The notes under the pieces: model-generated
Database searches by the model: none
Told to the model about the DNA's origin: nothing
What the model saw: the letters and a program-made list of their open reading frames with translations, nothing else
Virus record (IMG/VR): IMGVR_UViG_3300042892_001069
DNA from: a virus
Taxonomy: Duplodnaviria; Heunggongvirae; Uroviricota; Caudoviricetes
Length of the DNA stretch: 64,000 bases
Reading direction: 5' to 3' (one strand)
Program-made: the position numbers and the translations under genes
In this document: piece after piece, positions 34,756 to 42,951 of the stretch
How positions within the stretch are numbered: position 1 is the stretch's first letter
Layout of the letters: the number at the start of each line of letters is the position of its first letter

Positions 34756-35844
34756 TTATTTCTTAGGCACACAGTTAGGAACAGACTTACCGCCCTTCTT
34801 CTTCATGCCTACTTGTTTATAATTTTTCCAGCAAGGATCTTTGTCCTCGCCAATATTCTTATCTATGCCACGACTAGCAACACCACCACGCTTGCGTTTT
34901 GCTGCAAGTTCTTCTATGCCATGGCGAATTTGTTCTATGTTTTGTTCAAGGCCCATAAACATTCCGCCTTGAGCTTTTGTACATATTTCTTCCCATGCTA
35001 CTAGACTATCGCTGTCTGCTAGTTGTGCTAGTTCTTTTAATTGAGCACGGGCACTCATAATACGGCCTTTAAGGCTCATCGGATTAGCTTTTTCGTGCCC
35101 GTAGATTGTTGGATCGTTTGGATCACCAGTCATGTCAATAGGCATTTCGGCAATTGCGGATTCTTTCATCATAACACGATCAGCAATAGTTTGTGCGTAT
35201 TGATTAATTAGTTGACGTTTGTGTAATTGTTTTTCTATAGCTTCTTCATCAAGCTCTTGAAGATAGCCTTTTAGTAATGATTCTGTTCTAATTGGAGTTG
35301 GTTGTTGCTTAGGTGAAGCATAGTGTTGCATGGCCATTTGTACTGGTAACGCAACTTTATGTGGACTAGCACCTTCGCTAATGATAGATAAAAATCTACT
35401 CATACCAGTTTCTTCAGTTGTATATTTTTGATCAAGAGCAACAGGAGCGGCTGCTGGAGCACCTGGCTCTGGAGCATCGTATTCGGCCGCCGCATCAATA
35501 CCTTTAGCTGTTAATGCCGCTGCCATTTGCGCCAGTTTTTGTTTCATTGCGTTAGTTGCCGCAGTAACTTCTGGACTAACAACAGCGAATGTATTAGCAC
35601 CGCCACCGCCACGTATGGCATCTGCGCCGTCTATCTGTGCTCTAAGTCGATTATATTCAAGTTGTTCTGGAGATAGGGTTGACGCAGGAGCGGCTGGTGT
35701 TGTAGGCGCAGTAGGAGCTACCGGCGCAGGTTGATTTAATTCAGCTTCTTTAACAACTCGAAGAAATCGAGCCATGCTGTCAGCACCTACTACAGGCTTT
35801 GTAGCAACTCCATCCAACGCCTGTAGTATGCGCTTCATGTCCAT
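34756..35844 (-). CDS. putative internal head protein
   Basis: Modular; repeated RFL.(V/I)(V/I).E elements; terminal CWKNYKQVGMKKKGGKSVPNCVP motif. Confidence 0.5.
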   Translation of the reverse strand: MDMKRILQALDGVATKPVVGADSMARFLRVVKEAELNQPAPVAPTAPTTPAAPASTLSPEQLEYNRLRAQIDGADAIRGGGGANTFAVVSPEVTAATNAMKQKLAQMAAALTAKGIDAAAEYDAPEPGAPAAAPVALDQKYTTEETGMSRFLSIISEGASPHKVALPVQMAMQHYASPKQQPTPIRTESLLKGYLQELDEEAIEKQLHKRQLINQYAQTIADRVMMKESAIAEMPIDMTGDPNDPTIYGHEKANPMSLKGRIMSARAQLKELAQLADSDSLVAWEEICTKAQGGMFMGLEQNIEQIRHGIEELAAKRKRGGVASRGIDKNIGEDKDPCWKNYKQVGMKKKGGKSVPNCVPKK

Positions 35845-35848
35845 TGGA

Positions 35849-37339
35849 TTATCCCAATAGACGCTTGGTCAACGCACGTAATTGATCAACTTCGTTTGAT
35901 TCTTTAACAATAACATTTTCGTTAAGATTTAAACGACCAGCTAATTCACGCATACGATTTAATTCTGAACTTTCTTTAACAGTTTCTTTCTTAGCTTGTA
36001 TTGCGGCGTCTTTCATTAATTCTTTTTCGTCGCCGTCGTTATCTAAATCTGCGTAGTCTGGCTTTTTACCTTTCTTAGCTTCGGCAACTGCTTGGGCAAC
36101 ATATGATTCATTCTTACCACGAAGTTTAGCTAATACTGCTCCAGCAATCTTTTTGCCTTTCTCGCCACCGCCTGCTGATTTTTCAATCTTAGAAAAGTTT
36201 TTACCTGGCTTACCAATGTCTTTACCAGCGGCAGCTTTCTTAGCAGAGTAGTCTCCTGTAGAAGATTCTTCAACCTTCTTACCACCTTTTTCATCTTTAC
36301 CAAGACGTCCGGCAATAACATCACCACGTGTTACTTTATCGTATGGCTTAGCATTGTTAGCTAAATTACCATCACCTTTCTTTTTAGCTTCGTAAACACC
36401 TTGACCGTAGCTATGACCACCTTGTGCCTCGTCAACTTCTTTTTCTTTTGGAGCATTAGGATCAACTTTCTTACCATCTTTAACACGAGTCACTGTGCCT
36501 GGATTTTTCTTTTCGTAGTCTTTAGAATCCTTAGCGGCAGCTTTGTCAGAAGCTTTGTCGCCGGCCTTGTCAGCAGCCGAGCGTGACTTAGCTTGACTCT
36601 TTGGTTCGGTATGCGGCTCATCAGTAAAACGTTTTGGGTTGTGTGTATGACGTGTTACACCTTTTGATGGACGAGTAATTTCTCCACCAGTCGATGACAT
36701 TTCTTCACCAATGCCTTTACTTGCTTCTTCCTCTTCTTTGCTAACAATGCCATCACCGTTCTTATCTAAACGTTTGTGTGCTGCATGAGTAGCTTTAGTT
36801 AGACGCTTGTATTTTTCAATTTTCTTTTCAACCTTATCAGGGACTGGCATACCCATAGTTAATCTCATACCAGTGCCGCCACATTCTGTACAAGATTCTT
36901 CTTTGCCACCACCGATCATTCTAGCTTCTTCAACTTTGTCTTTGGCTTTTTCAGCTTGCTTTACTTTAAGCTCTTTGATCTTAGCCTTAGCTTCCATTAG
37001 CTTGTGCTTAAGAGCACGTTTTTGACCCTCAGAAAGAACATCGCTATTGTCTAATTTATGACCATACTCGCTAAATTCCATCTCGTATTCAAGATAGTGA
37101 TATACTGAAGCAATGTAATCAGCGGCTTTAGTAATCTTAGCTTGTACCCAACCTTCTAGTTGAGCGTTGTCTTCTAGCTTTTTAAATAGCTTGAAACTGT
37201 AGTTGGCTAGTTTGTACAAATCAGCTTTGGCCATTGCGCCTTCTTCGTCTGTTTGTCCTGGCTCTAAGCCCATTACTTGACCGCCCATTTCTGGTTGTGT
37301 TGGTTCCATTTCTGGGCTCATTTGATCTAATTCTGGCAT
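35849..37339 (-). CDS. Lys/Glu-rich putative internal head protein
   Basis: MAKADL...WVQAKITKAADYI module; short basic modules separated by hydrophobic-x-E sites; CTAAATA upstream. Confidence 0.55.
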   Translation of the reverse strand: MPELDQMSPEMEPTQPEMGGQVMGLEPGQTDEEGAMAKADLYKLANYSFKLFKKLEDNAQLEGWVQAKITKAADYIASVYHYLEYEMEFSEYGHKLDNSDVLSEGQKRALKHKLMEAKAKIKELKVKQAEKAKDKVEEARMIGGGKEESCTECGGTGMRLTMGMPVPDKVEKKIEKYKRLTKATHAAHKRLDKNGDGIVSKEEEEASKGIGEEMSSTGGEITRPSKGVTRHTHNPKRFTDEPHTEPKSQAKSRSAADKAGDKASDKAAAKDSKDYEKKNPGTVTRVKDGKKVDPNAPKEKEVDEAQGGHSYGQGVYEAKKKGDGNLANNAKPYDKVTRGDVIAGRLGKDEKGGKKVEESSTGDYSAKKAAAGKDIGKPGKNFSKIEKSAGGGEKGKKIAGAVLAKLRGKNESYVAQAVAEAKKGKKPDYADLDNDGDEKELMKDAAIQAKKETVKESSELNRMRELAGRLNLNENVIVKESNEVDQLRALTKRLLG

Positions 37340-37367
37340 GGTATGTAACTCCGTTATCTTTATATAT

Positions 37368-37787
37368 TTAGCGTTTTATGCTTCCACCGGTCATTAAATT
37401 CGCCTTCATATCAAGGGCGTTTTTAGCGGTGCCGTCTTTGTTTTTAGGTTGTTTAGGTGGTTTATTTTTGTATACAGCACCGACGCTTACATTAGCTGCA
37501 CTTGTAGCACCTGCTGTTGCGGATTCACTAACCGGTGAACCTGTTTCGTGAACTGAGGCTTTTTTACCTTTATTCTGTAGAGAACGAGCAACTGCTTGCG
37601 CATGACTCTTGCTGGAAAACACCTTCCATGTTTTACCATCAATAGCAACTGCGTAATTATTAGTTTCGTGCCCCAGTTCGTGCTCCATCTCATCACGTTT
37701 GAAGTCACGCTTGCCTTGATCGCTGAATCCTGTACGATTGTCGTCGTACTCGCGGGGACTTTCTTTTAATAGTTCTCTAAGTTTCAT
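37368..37787 (-). CDS. putative internal head protein
   Basis: Start MKLRELLKE; internal VSESATAGAT. Confidence 0.55.
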   Translation of the reverse strand: MKLRELLKESPREYDDNRTGFSDQGKRDFKRDEMEHELGHETNNYAVAIDGKTWKVFSSKSHAQAVARSLQNKGKKASVHETGSPVSESATAGATSAANVSVGAVYKNKPPKQPKNKDGTAKNALDMKANLMTGGSIKR

Positions 37788-37788
37788 A

Positions 37789-38082
37789 TTATTTTCCAAT
37801 ACCATTATCGCCGGTTAAGTATGGCAAACTAAACCATAATCTAAACCATTCCGGTGTTCCTGGTTTGATGTTGTGATCCTTCATATATTGTCCACGTTCG
37901 TTTCCAGCAACGCTAATATTGCTTCCTTGATTAACACGCAGTTCATGTAATCTTGCTGCCCCGCCAAGCCCGCCTAGTCCTGATAATGCTTTCAATTCGT
38001 GAATAGGATCGTCAGGCGCAAGATAGCAATCTTCATCACTGTCTTGATTTAAATTCTGTGCTGTGATCCGGTATTGTTTCAT
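37789..38082 (-). CDS. hypothetical protein
   Basis: Start MKQYRIT, ATGA-coupled to dps; IKPGTPEWFRLWF. Confidence 0.6.
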   Translation of the reverse strand: MKQYRITAQNLNQDSDEDCYLAPDDPIHELKALSGLGGLGGAARLHELRVNQGSNISVAGNERGQYMKDHNIKPGTPEWFRLWFSLPYLTGDNGIGK

Positions 38083-38516
38083 TTTAAACTTGCTCTTAAC
38101 ATCCAACTGTGCTTTTTATGTGCGTCTTGTCGATCAGCTAAAAAATTGCTTAGTCCGTGATCACCTGAGTTTTCAGCCATAGTAAATGTAATTTTAAATA
38201 TATCAGCCATCTTGTCACTGTCTGATAGTAATTCACGTAACATCTGTTCGAACGGCAATATTTCGTTTTCATCGTCGACTTTAGACAGCATACTAAAACG
38301 TTCTAAACTTGCCGGAGTATAAATCTGTAGGGCACGTAATTGTTCAGCAAAAGTATCAATGCTTCCGTAAGTTTCTTCGTAGATAGATCCAAACAATTCA
38401 TGTAGTTGACCAAACAATGGCCCTTCTACATTCCAGTGAAAGTTTTGTGCTTTTATTGTAAAGGCGTATTCACTTGCGAATGCTGTTTTTAATGCTAAAT
38501 GATATTTCTCGTCCAC
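38079..38516 (-). CDS. dps: Dps/ferritin-like DNA protection protein
   Basis: KAQNFHWNVEGPLFGQLHELF..IYEE...DTFAEQLR and HKKHSWML; GTG start after GGAG. Confidence 0.92.
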   Translation of the reverse strand: MDEKYHLALKTAFASEYAFTIKAQNFHWNVEGPLFGQLHELFGSIYEETYGSIDTFAEQLRALQIYTPASLERFSMLSKVDDENEILPFEQMLRELLSDSDKMADIFKITFTMAENSGDHGLSNFLADRQDAHKKHSWMLRASLK

Positions 38517-38517
38517 G

Positions 38518-41500
38518 TTATACTCCGTATTGATTTCGTTTGGGTTTTGCGACAGTGCTAGTCTTATGTGTGTCATCTAGCTCTTTACTCTTCATGTCGC
38601 CTTTGTTTAAGTCTTGATAACTTGCCCCAACAACTTTGTAGGCTTGTTTTAACATATCTTGTTCTTCTTGAGTATACGGATGAGTAGACTTGCTCTTACC
38701 AATCCAGCTTTTGGCTTTCATGTCTATTGGAGTTTTTCCATCAGCACTAGCAACAGCCATACCTAACCTGTAACCGGTGTAATCGCCGCTCATACGTTCA
38801 CTGTCACCGTAAGTGTTTAATCCCTTAGTTGATTGTTGCTTACGTTTAGAAATCTTTTGTTGAGTCGACTCCTCTAAAGATTTTTCCATCTCTTGTATCT
38901 GCTCGGCTAGTTGACGCTCTTTTAACTTAGCGGCAATTGGAGCAGGAATATCTTTATCTATTTTATCAATCGATGACATAGTTGGTTTTATCTCTTGTGG
39001 TGTATTTACCGGTTCTGTAGATACAGGAAGTTCAGTAGGCTCTTCTGTTGGAGGCTTAATTTTCATTTCCTTTCTAGCAGTAACCATTAGTTTTTTAATC
39101 CAAGGAACACCTAGTTTTCTAACATCGAATGCTTGAGTCCACACACGTAATGCTTTATCGTCTGGCAGTAATAATGCTTTCCTACATTGCGTAAAGCTAA
39201 TACCAGTTCCGCCTTGTTCTTCTTCACGGCTTGTTTCTATAGTTTCAAAGGTAACATCATTGTGACTACCTGGAAAACGTGGATCCTTCATGCGTTTTGC
39301 CAATACATCCATCCATTTTTTCATACCAAGATAACGGTCAGACCCTACCATAAGGATAATATGATTGTAAGGGCTATCTGGGGGTAACACTAATTCTTTT
39401 TCTATTTTCTTTACTGGGCTTCCGCCATCCTGCCATATTTGAAACATGTCGGTACGGTTAGGATATAATTTTTGCCAAGTTGCTAGTTTCATTTCTGGAG
39501 GGATTGGATCGTCTGGCCCAACAGTAGGGCTGATGTAAACAAACGGGTCACCGTCTACTTCATCTGCCTTGTCTAGCACTAGTCCAATTAATTGTTCGTG
39601 TCCCTTATGCCCTACGAAACTGCCAGCTGTTATAACTGCTGTTCTTGTGCGTTGTGCTCCACCAGCGGCTTTTCGTGCGTCTCTAGCAGCCGTAATAGCA
39701 TCTTGTTTATTGGCAATTAGTTGTCGTTGTTCTGTACTGGTTACTTTAATTGGTCCAAGACGAGTATTAAGAACAATACCTTCGTAGTCCTTACCCAGCA
39801 TGTCTTTACCAACAATATTAGGATCAGAAATAATTTCTTTTTCTAAAGCTAGTGCTACTGGCTGTAACGCGGCAGCTACCTGACGCTTACGATCGTTAAT
39901 ACCTTTTTCTTTGCTGTTTAACATAGATTTAAGTTCTTCTATGTTTTCTAACGGCGGCACAATACCAGTAACGTCCAACGCACCATTTTGTGTTAATGCG
40001 TTGTTAATAAACATTACACTACCTTGTTGTCCTAATCCAGTTAGGGCCTTAACAAGTTGGCCGGCATTTTTAACATCTTCACCGCTAGACGCATCGGATA
40101 TATGGAATGGCACTAGTGCTAGTTCTACGCCTTTTGGAAGTTTGTCATAATGAATTCCGACAAACTTTAATTTACCTTCTTCTGTTTCTGTGGCAAACGG
40201 CAAAAATAATACTTCACATGTAACTTGTTTGTTAATTAAAAACTCTGGCCCTAATCGGTCATCTACAAGTTCAATAGCTTTCATCATTTCTTCAAACAAC
40301 TGATCAAATAACTGCGCCCGGCCAAGAATCTCTGGATCAGTAGTACCCTTCTCTTGATGATACTTGGCAAAGTTTGCTTCATATCTCGGAGGTGTTCGAC
40401 TAGTACCCATAAAAGGTTTACCATCGGCATTCTTACCAAAGCGGCCACCAAAGCCGTCTACTTTAACATTCAATGGAATATTTTGTATTTTAAAGTTACC
40501 GTTACCGTCATGAATTTCGTCTAGCAAATCTAATAAATCAGCCGGCGGTAAATTACGTAAATGCGGCATGCCTTTTCTAAGTTTGGCAGCAACTTCAGCT
40601 TCTGCTAACGGTTGTTTGGTTGAATTCTTATTTAGAAACTCTTGCTCGTAGTTTTTGCTCATTTCTACAGCACGATCACGTAGCTCACCAACACGCTCAT
40701 TTGGTAAGTTAATATGTTCTAACATATAGTCTAATGCGGCAAATTTAATTTTTCTGTCTCTAGCAGGATCGTTCTTGGTAATCATTTGACTACCTTTCTC
40801 AAACAGAATATCTAAGAATCGATTAATTACTTCTGTCTTTTGTGTATCATCATAGTTTTTAGCAAGTAGACCAACAGTACCAATAAAACTATCTTGTGCT
40901 GATCGTTCTTGCTTGCTTGGCTTATGACCAAAGAACGCTTCAAAGTGTGAACCAATTGATTTATCATACGCTCTGTCTTTTGGCTCTAACAATTGCTTAA
41001 CAGGAATACCGTCCTGTACCATAGGTTCGCCAGTTGCCGGATCCATATATGGAACATACTTACGGCTTAGTCCACCCCCCTGACCACCCGATACTGCAAA
41101 ACTAAAGTCTGCGTCTGTCACTGGCTCTGGACTAATTTTTGTACCTTTCTTAAGAACTCTAGCAACATATTTGGTACTAGCTTGTGCGTAAGGCATTGCA
41201 CGGTTGAGATATTTGTGAAACACCCCTTTAATATTTTGTTGTATGTCGTCCCAGTGCGAACTATGACTATACGCATACCATTCATCTGGTTGTCCAGTTG
41301 CTGGATCGTACTTGCCAAATTCAAAATCAATTTGTAGTTTAACCGGTAACTTTTCTAAGTTAACTTCCCACATACTTGAGTATTGGTTGTTACCAGGTTT
41401 GAAACCAACAAAGGTTGCTGGACCAAGTTGTTTACCGATCATGCCTGTTAAAAACTCTTTAACGCTCGGGTCTAACTCAACTGGTGCTTGGGTATCAATA

Positions 41501-41853
41501 TCACCAACTTTAGGTTTTAATTTTACAAATTGGTCGTCTGCAATCTTTTTATCAAAGAAGTGAAAACTACTTCCGCTTAAATATGATCCACTAGCAAATG
41601 CTGCCTCGGGCCATATTGGTTTGCCATATTGTTGTGAAAATGCGTTATTAATATTAATCATTAGATCGCTTAACACATCTAAAACTGCAGTTCTATTATG
41701 AACTTCTAAGTCTAGATCTTCTGCTTGATGGACACCCTGCATGCCTTGCCACCCGGCTGACGTCTTACCTGCTTCGTCGTGGCTGGCTAGATTGCCGCCT
41801 TCGAACAGTATTAGATGTTTTTTAGTATTAACAAATAGTTCACGTAATAACAT
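38518..41853 (-). CDS. multidomain protein: polbeta-type nucleotidyltransferase + ATP-dependent ligase-like domain + HIGH-motif nucleotidyltransferase
   Basis: LSGSS...GDID...QID; NVKVDG...CEVLF...EGIVL...IK; GSFVGHKGH...MVGSDR; starts MLLRELF. Confidence 0.65.
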   Translation of the reverse strand: MLLRELFVNTKKHLILFEGGNLASHDEAGKTSAGWQGMQGVHQAEDLDLEVHNRTAVLDVLSDLMININNAFSQQYGKPIWPEAAFASGSYLSGSSFHFFDKKIADDQFVKLKPKVGDIDTQAPVELDPSVKEFLTGMIGKQLGPATFVGFKPGNNQYSSMWEVNLEKLPVKLQIDFEFGKYDPATGQPDEWYAYSHSSHWDDIQQNIKGVFHKYLNRAMPYAQASTKYVARVLKKGTKISPEPVTDADFSFAVSGGQGGGLSRKYVPYMDPATGEPMVQDGIPVKQLLEPKDRAYDKSIGSHFEAFFGHKPSKQERSAQDSFIGTVGLLAKNYDDTQKTEVINRFLDILFEKGSQMITKNDPARDRKIKFAALDYMLEHINLPNERVGELRDRAVEMSKNYEQEFLNKNSTKQPLAEAEVAAKLRKGMPHLRNLPPADLLDLLDEIHDGNGNFKIQNIPLNVKVDGFGGRFGKNADGKPFMGTSRTPPRYEANFAKYHQEKGTTDPEILGRAQLFDQLFEEMMKAIELVDDRLGPEFLINKQVTCEVLFLPFATETEEGKLKFVGIHYDKLPKGVELALVPFHISDASSGEDVKNAGQLVKALTGLGQQGSVMFINNALTQNGALDVTGIVPPLENIEELKSMLNSKEKGINDRKRQVAAALQPVALALEKEIISDPNIVGKDMLGKDYEGIVLNTRLGPIKVTSTEQRQLIANKQDAITAARDARKAAGGAQRTRTAVITAGSFVGHKGHEQLIGLVLDKADEVDGDPFVYISPTVGPDDPIPPEMKLATWQKLYPNRTDMFQIWQDGGSPVKKIEKELVLPPDSPYNHIILMVGSDRYLGMKKWMDVLAKRMKDPRFPGSHNDVTFETIETSREEEQGGTGISFTQCRKALLLPDDKALRVWTQAFDVRKLGVPWIKKLMVTARKEMKIKPPTEEPTELPVSTEPVNTPQEIKPTMSSIDKIDKDIPAPIAAKLKERQLAEQIQEMEKSLEESTQQKISKRKQQSTKGLNTYGDSERMSGDYTGYRLGMAVASADGKTPIDMKAKSWIGKSKSTHPYTQEEQDMLKQAYKVVGASYQDLNKGDMKSKELDDTHKTSTVAKPKRNQYGV

Positions 41854-42227
41854 TAATAATCCTTGTATTTTCCGTCACTATGATGTTTTTTAAAATCTTC
41901 TAGCATTTTTTTACAAACTGCTTTGCAAGTTTTATCTTCTAATGTTTCTGGTAATTCTTTAATAGGGTATTCTTCAACGTATTGACTATAGCACTCTTTG
42001 ACCGCAGATTTAAAAATCATCGGATCAATTTTTTGTTTAGCCTTAATATGTTTAACGCATTTAGCAATAAGCGGATAGAGATGACGACGATACATGTCAT
42101 CATCGTTATTCATAAAAAATGTTAGGTCTTCAACAAGATCGAAGTCAATTTTAGTGCCGTCAACCTCTTTCTTGACAAACTCTAATTCTTTAACATCTTT
42201 GCCTTCTAATAGTTCTGTAATACGCAT
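41853..42227 (-). CDS. putative internal head protein
   Basis: Starts MRITELLE; ATAAATA upstream; TAATG-coupled to the large gene. Confidence 0.55.
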   Translation of the reverse strand: MRITELLEGKDVKELEFVKKEVDGTKIDFDLVEDLTFFMNNDDDMYRRHLYPLIAKCVKHIKAKQKIDPMIFKSAVKECYSQYVEEYPIKELPETLEDKTCKAVCKKMLEDFKKHHSDGKYKDY

Positions 42228-42318
42228 TTTTTAGCCCGTTATTTTTAGTCGCAACAATACTTTGCGGATATACTATTTATCGCAAACGTCTTTATACAAT
42301 ATAGCTTTGATTTCGCAG

Positions 42319-42951
42319 TTAAGCCTTAACAACCCGTTCTATTTTGTTAATAGAACCGCCTAAATGCATTTTTGTCATGAGTAATATGTTATCACCAGTT
42401 AGATAAAAGTGAGTACCGCCCCAACTGCGATCTTTTAGTAGATCTCGCCTACAGCTCTTAGTTAATTTTAACTTTGGAGTTTTTTCAGCCCACTCAACAA
42501 ATGCGCTGTGATTTTGTATAGTTTTGCCCAGGGTAATTCTAAATTCATACGGAATTTTAGGCATAATTACAGTATCCTTAACAAGAGCATTGCCGTCAAC
42601 CGGTACACTTATGTATTTTACTTTATCTTTATCGACTTTGATCAATCTATCAATGTCTGATTTTAAATTAGTATAGACAGAGATATATGGAAATTCTACC
42701 CGCACTTCAATATTTTTTAATTTATTAATTTGATGTTGAAGTTTAAATGCGTAGTCTAGTTGCTCTTGAGTCTTTGGGGGCGTTTGATGATTAGTCCAAC
42801 CCGATGATTGTTGAGCAACTGTTGTCTTTTTTAACTGTTCTAACGTTGAGGACATATCCCCACTTCTAAATGCTCCCGCTATTGAACATACCAGTACGAT
42901 TTTATACTGGTATGTTCCTTTAAACAAACTTTTTGTTGTCTTAGTTAGCAT
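42319..42951 (-). CDS. hypothetical protein
   Basis: 210-aa ORF overlapping the clpA stop. Confidence 0.6.
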   Translation of the reverse strand: MLTKTTKSLFKGTYQYKIVLVCSIAGAFRSGDMSSTLEQLKKTTVAQQSSGWTNHQTPPKTQEQLDYAFKLQHQINKLKNIEVRVEFPYISVYTNLKSDIDRLIKVDKDKVKYISVPVDGNALVKDTVIMPKIPYEFRITLGKTIQNHSAFVEWAEKTPKLKLTKSCRRDLLKDRSWGGTHFYLTGDNILLMTKMHLGGSINKIERVVKA

